Part shown: positions 1 through 10,884 of the stretch, one piece after another
How the letters are laid out: each line of letters opens with the position of its first letter
Numbering within the stretch: position 1 is the stretch's first letter
Assembly (NCBI GenBank): GCA_905330535.1
Contig: CAJNVN010000141.1
Coordinates: 144,746 to 159,310 of the forward strand
Source of the DNA: Rotaria sp.
Taxonomy: Eukaryota
Direction of reading: 5' to 3'
DNA length: 14,565 nt
Notes under the pieces: model-generated
Database searches by the model: none
What the model saw: the letters and a program-made list of their open reading frames with translations, nothing else
Told to the model about the DNA's origin: nothing
Made by a program: the position numbers and the translations under genes

Positions 1-783
1 AAATATTTTTGAACTGATAAAATTTCAGAACACGTGTGGTGACAGTATAAAAACGAAGTGGTATAGTTGAATAAACAGACTCTTTGAAGAAAATTGCTTT
101 TCTTTATGCTGGACGTTCAGAATGAGAATGATGAAACTGAGCATTGGAGAAGGCGTTAAAAAAGATGACTTTTACTTGGATGTTCTTTATAAATGATTCC
201 AAAAAAAGACCGTAGACATTTGATTTACAGTCTGATGTCAAATAACTTCTCTTGCATAAAATTATTTTTGTACTTGAGTCTAAAGTATTGACTGAAACTC
301 AACGTGATAATATGTATTAAATTATTAAGAAACTAAAGAGTACATGTTCGACTGACGGATAACTTTTTTTTAACATATCATTCATTTACGAATTTATTAG
401 AAATTGAAATAGAAAAAAATGATACGAAGACTACGAATCTGATGAAACACAGTGAACAAAATAAATAAATTCAAAATGAAATTCAAAACGTAACTCAGTG
501 TTATACAATCCAAACGAGAACTTTTGTTTTTCAAATGAAGCATTATCTATTAATGTTATTATCAATAGTATTATTCTAAATTTTTAAGTGCATTCGCAAG
601 AATGTTCTAAACAGTTATTATCGATATTTTTATCTATATCATTTGACGTATATTTAGGGCTGTTTTTTATATTAATTTTATATGCATTTGACGCCATGTT
701 GTTTCCATTAGATATAGCTTTCTATGTTTGAATGCCAAAAAATTGAGTTATTGAAGAAAAATGCTAATAGAACAACAACAAAA

Positions 784-798
784 GAGAGAGAGAGAGAT
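784..798. repeat. Short (GA)n microsatellite
   Basis: agagagagagagaga seen directly. Confidence 0.8.
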
Positions 799-868
799 AG
801 GAATAGTTATTGGTGCAGAAATCATTTTTATTATTAATCATCATCATTAACAAGTGAAAAATGCTTGT

Positions 869-1130
869 CTATATGAGATATTTATTTTTTGTTTTTATTA
901 ACCATTTCTTTGGACAACTGAATAAAGCTTGAAGATGTTTATAAATATTAGTCGAGGCATAATCTAAGATAAATATAATTAATTAATAATGAACAAATTT
1001 AATTATGATTTTTTTTCAGCTTACAAGCTGCACATTCACTTCCTGTTAATGTTCCTGCATAGTGAATACTATGAGCAGGCATAATAACTAAAAGTAGAAC
1101 AATAATGAAATAAAATCGTTGTGATACCAT
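869..1130 (-). CDS. Candidate two-exon small secreted protein; exon 1 1130..1025, intron 1024..964 (61 nt, GTAAGC...CTTAG), exon 2 963..869
   Basis: The spliced minus-strand reading is 201 nt, or 67 codons including TAG: MVSQRFYFIIVLLLVIMPAHSIHYAGTLTGSECAAYYASTNIYKHLQALFSCPKKWLIKTKNKYLI. It has a signal-peptide-like N-terminus, a good donor (T|GTAAGC) and acceptor (ATCTTAG|A), and an AATAAA-like motif shortly downstream. Confidence 0.35.
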
Positions 1131-2398
1131 TTTTATAATTGTTCAATCTAGAAATATATTAATAAAATAATCTTCATGTACTTTGATTGGAGCGGGAAAA
1201 GAAGAATGTATGTGTATTTTTAAACTTCAGCAGTAAAAGAAAAGAATAATTATAAGAATAGACATTTTTCCGAACTGACATTAAACGGAAACCCATTATT
1301 TATGTCTATGATAAACTACTCAAATACGACACAATTAATTGCGTAGATAACAAGAACTATCTAACAAGGAATACATTAACAAGATTAAATTAAAAAAAAA
1401 TTATTAATTATTCAAATATATCACTTTAAGAAGAGTTCACAAATTTACTATCTACTTTGATGATATTATCTATGAATTTATACATTATTTTTGTTTATTA
1501 AATTTCTTAGAATTCGACAGAATACAAACATTTTCTAATGTAGTGAAAATGAAACATCTACAAAAGATGAGCACATTTCGATTGCGGAAATACATTTGCA
1601 TAGATGACATGTTTTATTTTAACATTCAAATGAAATATTGGTCTATGTTTTAATACTGTTTTTCAAATTATTGAAATACAATCGAGTATGTTTTTCTCTA
1701 TGATAACTCAACAGTAAAATTTACAAATAAATATTAATTCGGACATTTTTGTAGAAAATCTTCTGTTTCTATCTAGACCTGCTAAATAGAAAACTACTAC
1801 GCGTAATATAATGGTCTTCTATTATAGTTTAATAAGAGAATGAACTAACTTTTAATCTTTACTTGTTGAAGCTAAGAAAATGTCCTTTAGTTGAATATTC
1901 GTCATCAAAAAGTCACTACCAACATAAGATTCTGTTGTATGTTGATAAGTAGCACATAATACGAAAGGCAATTCAAAACATAAGACTGTACTAAACATAC
2001 TATCTAGAAGTGAGAAGATGACAATCGATGAACTATTATGATATGCACAATGGAACAAAATTTTGAAGTCTGTTTTCATATGCAAACCTATCGATGCTGC
2101 ATAGTGTTCTTATAAAAACTCGAAAATGATTTGGGTTTCACTAAGCTATCAAGTTTCTTTTTCTAGAAAGCCTACCTTTCTACAAACCTCGTATTTTTTA
2201 ATTTCGATCTGAAACTTGGCGTATACGAAGCACTCAACTAGACTAACTTTCTTTAAAAAATTGTACTGTCATTTCAATAAATATATATGAAGAGAGATGA
2301 AATTCATCCAACATTAAATTTGAAAAATCCATAATTACGTGTTTGGTTGTTTTTCTGTTAATGAAACTTATTGCTTCTCATTAAAAGAAAAAAGGCTA

Positions 2399-2680
2399 TT
2401 AGCACAGTCCCTGTAGGATTAATATATGAAACACGATGTAGCTGGTCTAGTTGATGACAAAAGCTGCTTTATTCTATCTATTTCCGAACGTATTTCTTCA
2501 TCATCGTTAACGTAAAATGTAATTAGAAAGTAGGTCATATATAATAACGAGACGTTATTGATAAACGGTTCGTGATTGTATATTAACAACTTCTGTCACA
2601 ATCTGTGAGAGGGCATTCAAATTTTTACTCCTACACTTCAACACTCCCTTTAGATCGTATTTCACAAAACATTGAAGAAT
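2399..2680. repeat. Dispersed repeat family, copy A
   Basis: Shares ordered blocks with the copies at about 4720 and 3725: TTTATTCTATCTATTT, ATAACGAGACGTTATTGATAAACGG (2544..2568), and ACTCCTACACTTCAACACTCCCTTTAGATCGTATTTCAC. Confidence 0.55.
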
Positions 2681-3724
2681 TTGATAATTTAACCTACTTA
2701 AACAGAACTTATTCAAACATATATGACCGATTACTTAATCTTGTTTCTAAAGATTAATCAATCAAAATTCTTAAACTCTATCAAAACGTTTCATATGTAG
2801 ATATAAATTTCATGAATATTTCTATTCACAATTATGATTATAATAAATTATTGGTAATTAATGCCAAAATGTTAGTACTGATAGACATTTATTAATTAAT
2901 TGCCAGAAAATAAATCTAGATCAAATATTGATTGGAAGGCGAAAATGACAATGATGTCTATAAGAAACGAGTAAAATTACATTGTTCAAGTAGATCATTA
3001 TATATAGATTCACCTTGTTTTTAATAATAATCTTGAAAATTGTGCTATATCGTTATTGATAGATGATTAAATCTTCAAATGTAAAATCTTCACAAATGAA
3101 TAAATTAGTTTATAAATTTATTTTTTGTTTATAATAGATGATATCAAAGTTTTGCATTAATTTTGTTTTTGGTATAGTGTTATCATGAAATGTTGTAGAA
3201 ATTTTGTCATTTATTTTTTGTACATTAGAGAATTTATAATTTTTATAACGGGGGCGATTCTGTGAGACTGTAGGTTGGTCATGATCATAAAACATGCCTT
3301 GAGGCTCATTAAAGGTATTATCAACTCATTCTTAAGCCTTTTCTGTTAGAAAAAAACCAACAAAAAAGCTTATGGAAGGAGAGCGATCGCTACGAGTATC
3401 TCATCTCTAAATTCACTACTATTTTTGCATTTGAAAGAGCAACATGTCTTCCATTAAAATATATGAAAAAATTTAATCAAAAAAATTTCTTAAAGATCAG
3501 AAAAGCTTTAGAAAAAAAAAGTCATCCGAAAACCCATCGGCAACTTCGGTCATGATTTTTTTTACTCAAACATATTTATTTGATGTTTTCGAGAGCCATA
3601 AATACTCATATTGTGTTGCTCATTACAATAGTTAGTGCAGCGCAAATGATACTGAATAATAGAAAGCTTAATTAGAAAAAGCTATGAGCGCAATTCCTGA
3701 GAGACTAAAATCTGAACGACAATG

Positions 3725-3912
3725 TGTTTATTCTTGTTAATTAGAGAAGATTGTTTTATACTATTTTTCTTCAGACATGTAATTTAGGAAGTAGTTCAGA
3801 TTTTATAACGAAGCGTTATTTATATACGGTCTATTGGGGGGGGGGGGGGTCGAAGGTTTTACCCTTATACTTCAACATTCCTTTTAGATTGTGCTTCACC
3901 AAATTGCTTTAG
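3725..3912. repeat. Dispersed repeat family, copy C (contains a poly-G run)
   Basis: ATGTAATTTAGGAAGTAG, ATAACGAAGCGTTATTTATATACGG (3805..3829) and CTTATACTTCAACATTCCTTTTAGATTGTGCTTCACC match blocks in copy A in the same order. Confidence 0.5.
3836..3849. repeat. G14 homopolymer
   Basis: Direct reading: ctattGGGGGGGGGGGGGGtcgaagg. Confidence 0.9.
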
Positions 3913-4044
3913 TGTTTACACTATGAAGATAGCTTAGTGTTTAAATGTATTATAGAGAAGTTGTGCTCTATGCCGAAGAATACTATTTGAGAGAAGTCAA
4001 TAAAGTTCGTTTTAATGTAAAATCTATGGTTTCTGGCGGCTAAT

Positions 4045-4074
4045 CTCTCTCTCTCGAAGAAGAAGAAGAAGAAG
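4045..4074. repeat. Compound microsatellite (CT)n-(GAA)6
   Basis: ctctctctctcgaagaagaagaagaagaag seen directly. Confidence 0.9.
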
Positions 4075-4719
4075 TGATATCAGAAACGATGAATTTTTTT
4101 TTCTGAGCTTCAATAGGTCTCTACGACATTCCGTTGCAATTTTGGTGCTAAAAACAAAACGAATACAGAACTTTTGTACTATTTGTTATTTCAAATATAA
4201 TTATGTTAGTATTATAGAATATAGAGCAATCGATTAATGTAGTATATGATATTTTAAGGTATTCATCATTAATTAATTTTAAATAACTTATTGAATTGTT
4301 TATCTTATTGATTATAATATCAGGATGAGAATATTATGTTCAATTTCATTTTCATTATTTCTAATTCGTCATTGATATCTCATGACGAATATAAGAACGA
4401 AATCATTGATTTATGAGCTTATTTAATTTCTCATAATATTAATAGTTATTTATATTCTTTCGGCTATGAACATGTTTGTTCAATAACAATAATAGATGTT
4501 GCTTACCTCTCTTTTGATATTATGAAACAGAACTATGTGCTAATTATTTAATATTTTTTTAAAATAATTTAACAAATAAGATCACACAATGTATAGCCAT
4601 TATGAATTGATCAAAAAGAAACGATAGAATAGGCAAAAATATTAAATCCCATATGAATTATGCATCAATAATATCATTATTCAATATTTAATCTTGTTGT
4701 TCTTGTTTGGAACAACTGT

Positions 4720-4990
4720 TAGCGTAATCTATGCGGGCGCTAAAATGTGAAACACCATACAGCTACTCTTGTTAATCACAGGATGATTGTTTTATTCTAT
4801 CTATTTTAGGATACATTTCTTCATCATTTTTTTCCCTTGATCCTTCAGAAATTCAATAAGAAAGTAGTTGATGCAGTATAACGAGACGTTATTGATATAC
4901 GGTCTTTGATCATGTGCCAACATCTGTCACATTTGACGACACTGAAGGGAAAGTGTTACTGAGGTACCTGCTACAGTCAGTGTGGGAAGG
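4720..4990. repeat. Dispersed repeat family, copy B
   Basis: TTTTATTCTATCTATTTTAGGATACATTTCTTCATCA and ATAACGAGACGTTATTGATATACGG (4878..4902) match copy A nearly exactly; GTTACTCCTATGCTTCAA corresponds to ACTCCTACACTTCAA of copy A. Confidence 0.55.
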
Positions 4991-6997
4991 AGGTCCAAGC
5001 CGTTACTCCTATGCTTCAAACCTAAAATAGACCGAAAAAGTTGAAAGAACTTTTTATTTTTTTGTTTTCTTTGAAAAGAAACGAGATAAAAAAGCATATT
5101 TTGTAATCTAATTTATTGTAGGATGCAGAAAAAGGATAATCTTCAATTTTTCTCTAGTAGGCAAAAATTTGAGACACTATTAGTATTCTGTTTATAATTA
5201 AAAAAAAAAGAGCTTTAAACATATACTTCAGAACTTAGAAAACTAATGTATTTTGTAGAGCAGACTTTATTTTATCAAATGAAATCTTGCATTCTTCTGT
5301 GCAATGTGTCCATCAACTGATACCTTAATATTTTCAGAATGCTATATCTGATGAAGACTATATTGTACAGGCTTAAAGTTCACTTTTCTTAATTATTAAC
5401 ACAGTATTGATTGAATCTTAGATAGTAATTTAAAAAATCCTCTTATACAGAGATATTGCAAAACAAAAACACTCAAAGTTGTTTAGTTTTCAATGCTTTT
5501 TCTAACAGTATATTTGACGATCAAAATTTATAAAAAAAAAAACAATTCTCTAGTTAGCAACTAATAAAAATTATTATACTAAAATTTAGCCCGTTCAATT
5601 CTGTTTCTAATGGTATATTTTTGAAAATTGTCTTTGTTTTTCAGTAGTGATATAATCGCCAAAACGCAAAAAGTTTCTTAAACTTTTCCTGTCCATTTTA
5701 CTTTTAGATCGTGTTTTACAAAGTATATTACTAGCAACATCTTTCACAATCAAATGAAATATTATTTACATCTGTATATTAATGTGAATGTTAGAAGCAA
5801 ATAATTTCGATATATGAATATGAGACACATTTAAATATAAAAATTCTAGTTAATTGTCATACTAACTTGTTCTTCAAATAAACTAATTATTTAACACTTC
5901 TTATTTCTGTTGAATTACATTTTATGGGGTGTTACACATCAAGAGAAATAGAATAAATTGAGTATTTGCGTACATGTTACCAACTAAAGTAATGTATATC
6001 TCATCTTATAATGTTAATCTGCTGCACCTGAATTTTATTTTCATCATTCTCACATTAGCGAAATACATGTAGTGACAATAAACATATGGTCGAGAATATA
6101 AGAATCACGATTTTTTTTATCAATCAGAATGACAGAACAATTCAGTTAGTATAAGATGCATTTTGTTTTCATACTTAAAAAATAAAGATCGTGAGAATGG
6201 GAATAGGTAAATATCTGTGAAAATAAAATTAGGTTGCATAAATTATTAATTCTTATATTTTTTCCTATTTGAATTTATAGATAGACTCATTCAATAGAAC
6301 TTCCTACCAAATAAGTAAAAAATGAATCCAAAAATATAGTTGGTGCCTCATTTCTGACTCAGATAATAAGTATGAGATCTAGCACGATCCTACTGATGTG
6401 TTCATTTGTTGCTTGACATATTATTCCCGTATTTGTGAGGCATTGAAAGAAGTTCCTTCGTGTATTTTTCTGTATCCATCGTCCAATCACTGGCATTGTA
6501 AAACCTTGACTACATGCACCTTACCATACCTGTTACCTTTTCGGAAAATTTCATCTTCATTTGTGCACTGCCTTTGTCATTAACTTCTTACCTACTGAAA
6601 GCTCTCAGCTTCAATGATTTCGAGCATTCTATACCACGTCTAAAATGTTTCGTTAGCAAAATCTATAAATTATAGTTAGTTAAAAATAGAACGGAATATA
6701 TCAGTTTTCTTGAAATCGACATGAATACATGTTGGAGAATTTAACAAAAAAGTATTTTGGTTAAATTTAGACAAAAGAGAAATTAATCTGAATTTTTATA
6801 TTTAAATAATTATGAAAAGTAAAATCTAGAGACTTTTTAAAAGTAATTTCAACTTTTTCGAACCTTACTTTGTCCATATCGAATGCTACATGGAACAAAT
6901 ATCTCATAAACTCGATCAAATTTATAAAAATGAAGCGAAAAGTACCAAAATTGTAACTTTCCGGAAATTTAACTGTTCGTCATGAAGTCTATTATTA

Positions 6998-7090
6998 GGG
7001 TGTGGGTGTGTCGTCGCCATCCACACTCATAATCACACCCAGACCCATACCTACATCCCACCTACACCCACACACCCACACACCCACACC
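6998..7090. repeat. Degenerate telomere-like tracts: short G-rich block (6998..7010) followed by C-rich block (7021..7090)
   Basis: gggtgtgggtgtg, then ccacac...cacccagaccc...cctacacccacacacccacacacccacacc. Confidence 0.75.
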
Positions 7091-7894
7091 ACTATTTTCT
7101 GTTCATGAAAGTCAAACATATTTAAGTACCAAAAACCTCTTCAATAAACTATTTTTCATGTAATGCTTATTTATTTATTTCCATTTTTCACATAGTTATT
7201 TAATAGAAAAGGAAGTAAAGCTTGCAGGCCAATGTTGGATTTCGACGAATTCTGGTTCCAGCTGGATTAATGTCAGATCTGATATAGAAGTAGTAGCGTA
7301 ATATTGGATCAAGAAAACAGTTTACCATAAAACTTAAGCAAATCTCTGAATCCATGCCAGATTCAGTTTTGTTGTTGGTATGTTATCATAAGACAATCAT
7401 TTTTCAACTAAGTTAACGATCAGTTGCCAAACTGAGTCCGAATTCAATCAATGATGAATAGCTTCCCAGAGAAGCTGTTACCCTGTATAAAGTGGCTCTT
7501 CAGTATTCAGAACATGCCTTGATTCATCCATTGATGATTGTATCGATTGAAACACCATTACCGTTTTATAAGTCATCAATAACAATCGGAACCTGACATT
7601 CATCTGAAGGCTGATTAATGTTTTGTGATAAACTACTTCCTCAATCTGAGATTGAACGAGTTTAATCTTGATTCGAGATTTTCGAGACGAATCCAGAATT
7701 GATCTCAGCCCTAGATCGGTATACGACATATATTTGAACAAGAAGACTTTTTCTGAAAAAAATTTTCGTACTGAACGTCTAAGAGAGGGAGGAAGATCTT
7801 CGAATTTGGGCAAACCTGGACAGTGGAAGAAGTTCCAAAAATACTATTTTTATCTGAACGTACTTTATCGATAACCCCTTAGCTATCAATATCT

Positions 7895-8015
7895 TGGGTG
7901 TGGGTGTGGGTGTGGGTGTGGGTGTGGGTGGGTGTGGGTGTGGGTGTGGGGCGTGGGTGTGGGTGTTGGTGTGGGTGTGGGTGTGGGTGTGGGTGTGGAT
8001 GTAGGGGTCTGTGTG
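7895..8015 (+). repeat. Interstitial telomere-like (TGTGGG)n tract, G-rich on + strand
   Basis: About 18 near-perfect hexamers (gggtgtgggtgtgggtgtggg...) with a few variant units. Confidence 0.85.
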
Positions 8016-8036
8016 CAGTTATTTTCTTTACTTACA

Positions 8037-8160
8037 TCCACACCCAAACAGCCACACCCACACCCACACCCACACCCACATCCACACCCACGCCCACACC
8101 CACACCCACACCCACACCCACACCCACACCCACACCCACACCCCACACCCACACCCACAT
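8037..8160 (-). repeat. Interstitial telomere-like (CCCACA)n tract, C-rich on + strand, inverted relative to 7895..8015
   Basis: ccacacccaaacagccacacccacacccacaccc...ccccacacccacacccacat. Confidence 0.85.
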
Positions 8161-8162
8161 AT

Positions 8163-8545
8163 AGATATATGTATGTTTATTGATTTATTGTAGAAAAGAA
8201 GGCAATCAAAAATATACATATATATGCCCATTGATTTATTGTAGAAAAAACATTCAAAAATGTAGATATGTTTGTTGGCTTGTTGTAGAAAACAGATCAA
8301 AAAGACATATTTATATGTATGTTTATTAATCGATTGTAGAAAGCAAATAAAAAAATATATGTCTGTGTTTATTGATGTATTGTAGAAAAGAAATAAATAA
8401 AAGACTATGTATGTTTATTGATTGATAGTAGAAAAAAATCCAAATACATATATATATATATGTTTATAGATTTATTAAAGAAAAAAAATAAAAAAATATA
8501 TGTGATGATTGATTTATTGTAAAAAGGAAAACAAAAGACATAAAA
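8163..8545. repeat. Degenerate minisatellite, about 8 copies of a roughly 47-bp AT-rich unit
   Basis: Approximate consensus ATATGTATGTTTATTGATTTATTGTAGAAAA-(A/T-rich)-CAAAAA-TAT. The TAG of the core (TAG, AAG or TAA in variants) recurs at 8191, 8242, 8286, 8337, 8383, 8429, about 8478 and about 8520, giving spacings of 51, 44, 51, 46, 46, 49 and 42. Confidence 0.75.
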
Positions 8546-8725
8546 TTTATCATCTCTATTTTCCTACTACTAAAGATTATTTTAAACGAAATGTTGAAAT
8601 AATCTCTATCTTTGACTTGTAGAAACTAGAGAAAGATATATTTTAAACTGAACGTATAACTCAATGAGTGTGAAATAATGTTTCTCATATTTGCTAATAA
8701 ATTTCTTTTTATTAATGCTTTTCAG

Positions 8726-9211
8726 ATTGCCTGCTTTTTAGATCCTGTAACTTATCGATTAATGAGTGATAATGATAAAAATGTAGCTGAAGCATATATT
8801 ATTAATGAAGCATATAATCGTAATTTATCTCAACAAATTGTTGTAGATACTACTCTTCCATCTAATACAAATAGTTCTTCATCAACAACACATTCAGCTA
8901 ACATCAATAATCAACTACACAATTTCTCAATAGGATGTGGACTTGATCCACCTCCACTTAGTTCAACCAATATTCGTTCGAATCGAACAATACAAGAAGA
9001 AATTGCATATTATATCGACAATGTTAAAAATTTTACAACATTTGAAGAGTTTTGGAAAACTCATCAAATGGAGCTTCCATGTCTCTCAGCACTTGTTCGA
9101 TCATTCAATATTCGACCAGTCACATCTGTTCCCAGCGAAAGTTTGTTCAACATTGCTGCTTATGTAAATCAAAAACAACGTTCGTCGATGTCTGCAAAGG
9201 CACTTCAATAG
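8726..9211 (+). pseudogene. hAT-family transposase, C-terminal exon with hATC dimerisation region; probably a truncated or decayed copy
   Basis: IACFLDPVTYRLMSDNDKNVAEAYI...FEEFWKTHQMELPCLSALVRSFNIRPVTSVPSESLFNIAAYVNQKQRSSMSAKALQ* has the hallmark hATC pattern FW...P.LS.L.R.....P.TSVPSE.LF..A. A 3' splice-like tttttattaatgcttttcag|att ends at 8725. After the TAG (9209..9211) the frame continues SMVLRDADILATLL* to 9256. No upstream transposase exons were recognised. Confidence 0.85.
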
Positions 9212-9568
9212 TCGATGGTACTTCGTGATGCAGATATACTTGCAACTTTATTATGAATATAAATATTTAGTTAGGTTTTTTTTGTACTATGTTTTTCTCA
9301 TTTGATGTCACATGTACTTCAATATAACTGTTGTTATATTTTCATTGATTGTTCTTAGAATTAAAAGAAAATTTTGTGTCGTATATTCATTAGAAAATGA
9401 GCTTGTTATTACATGCTCATTAACCCATTTGTGAAATAAAAAGCATTTGATTATACTATTAGAAAATTACATGAAGAATTTGTTTATAATTAAAAAAATA
9501 CTTCTTATCACTGGTCGTGAGACAACTTGTACTTTTTTCTAATACTGATTAGTTGAATCAAAAGTAAA

Positions 9569-9753
9569 CAGGGATGTAGTAACTTGCCACTTACCACTTG
9601 CTGGTAAGTGGTGAACATCACTACGCAACAATGAATAATTCATAATTAGGATATTCATTAATCAGTGCTATATAGATAATTTTCTAATGATTAAAACACT
9701 TACCACTTACCTGGTAAGTGGAAGTAGTGGTAAGTGGTAAGTGTGACACCCCT
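9569..9753. mobile_element. Putative short non-autonomous hAT-like element (MITE-like) with imperfect TIRs and subterminal hairpins
   Basis: Left end is CAGGGATGTAGTAACTTGCCACTTACCACTT. The right end in reverse complement is AGGGGTGTCACACTTACCACTTACCACT. Internal palindromes are CCACTTACC...GGTAAGTGG (9587..9595/9603..9611) and CCACTTACC-T-GGTAAGTGG (9703..9721). No clear 8-bp TSD was seen. Confidence 0.5.
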
Positions 9754-10799
9754 AATTCAGATCTTTACTACTGATGAGAAAAAGTAAATGCAGAGCATTG
9801 TGTTTTTTCGGTTACACTGAACATAAATGGCATGTTGTAAGGAAAAAAACATTCTCTCTCAAAACAAATTTTATTTCAGGAAGAAAAATTCTTTGCCCTT
9901 TTATTGATGAAGTTGTTCTGTTTTTTCTTTTTCTTTTGGCAGTATAGCAACAAGTTGGAGAAAACCGAAATCAGACTCATGAGCAAGCATATTTAATCGA
10001 ATTGAGTAAATAACTGTGAGGCTTAGTGTATTTATTCATGTGTTGCGTCAGTAATCTTTTTAAAACTTTTTTTTCCATGCAAGGTATGATTCATTCCTAG
10101 TTTATTCTCGCTTAAACGACTTACTTGCTTCCTTGCTGCATCCTGCACGAGAAAAACAACAGAGTGAGAAACAGTTAAAAGTAGAGACATGAGTGAAAAT
10201 CGGAATCATCAAAAAAAAAAGTGCGATTGAAGGAAATATTACTCAATACTGTTAGCGGCACGGTTTGTCCGCCAAATACACGCATAACATTTGTCTCTGT
10301 TAGGTCCTTTTCCCCCAGTTTCTTTATTCCTTCTTTCTTCACAAAAACAAACAACTGAATCAATCAAAAACAAAAAGCAGCAAAGAATGTTCTTTCTCTC
10401 TTTCTCTCCTCTTCCACCGCTTGGTTCCATCTCCTAACTATGATAGAGGGATAAAGATGGCCGTCTTATGTCAGGAGATGTCTCTACTGACATAACAGTC
10501 TCTGACTATACGTATTAATTTTAAGAGGCTGACATACCTTAAAATTACTGAACAAGTTTATGGATGCTTATTGATCATCAGTGATTTTCACTGGTTTCAT
10601 ATTATCTGAGTCATAATAAAAACGATTTTTTCTATCCATCGTGTGCTGGTACATACATGAACGGAATTGAAGTGTCATCATTTTGTAAGAAATAAAGCAC
10701 TACATCTAGAAAATATGTACCTTCAGCTATATGAGCAACCGATGGTAATAGTATTTCTCCTATAAAAAAAGTATAACAGTTGCTCCTGTTTTTGTTATT

Positions 10800-10884
10800 G
10801 GGTGTGCATGTGTCTATGCGGTGGTGGGTGCGGGTGTGGGTGTAGACGATGAGTATCTTGATACGCACACTCACACCCATACCC
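10800..10884. repeat. Degenerate telomere-like G-rich block (10800..10844) followed by C-rich block (10865..10884), forming an imperfect inverted repeat
   Basis: 10826..10843 gggtgcgggtgtgggtgt versus 10867..10884 acactcacacccataccc (15/18 complementary). Confidence 0.65.

Noticed and set aside
1852-3295. ORFs 1852..2085 (-) and 3110..3295 (-)
   Set aside because: Short, no domain-like pattern and AT-biased composition; expected by chance.
6398-6583. Cysteine-rich 61-aa ORF MFICCLTYYSRICEALKEVPSC..., with a leader-like MRSSTILLMCSFVA in another frame just upstream
   Set aside because: Joining the leader to the Cys-rich frame would need an unsupported frameshift and no splice signals fit clearly, so it was not called as a gene.
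7478-7874. Overlapping ORFs 7478..7813 (-) and 7668..7874 (+)
   Set aside because: They are antisense to each other with no recognisable motif; chance ORFs in a slightly less AT-rich segment.
7886-8300. Long Gly/Val/Trp/Cys and Pro/His/Thr repeat ORFs (7886..8158, 7898..8164, 7932..8183, 8011..8193, 8028..8300)
   Set aside because: They are six-frame translations of the (TGTGGG)n/(CCCACA)n tracts, open in many overlapping frames on both strands, so they are low-complexity artefacts.
8163-8545. Regularly spaced repeats that might suggest a CRISPR-like array
   Set aside because: Units are diverged, spacing varies from 42 to 51 bp, there are no unique spacers or cas genes, and the context is eukaryotic (spliced, hAT, TPR). 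It is a minisatellite.
10239-10430. 63-aa minus-strand ORF and pyrimidine-rich stretch (ttctttctctctttctctcctcttcc)
   Set aside because: No recognisable protein similarity; the pyrimidine tract is simple sequence and not enough to call a gene or promoter.
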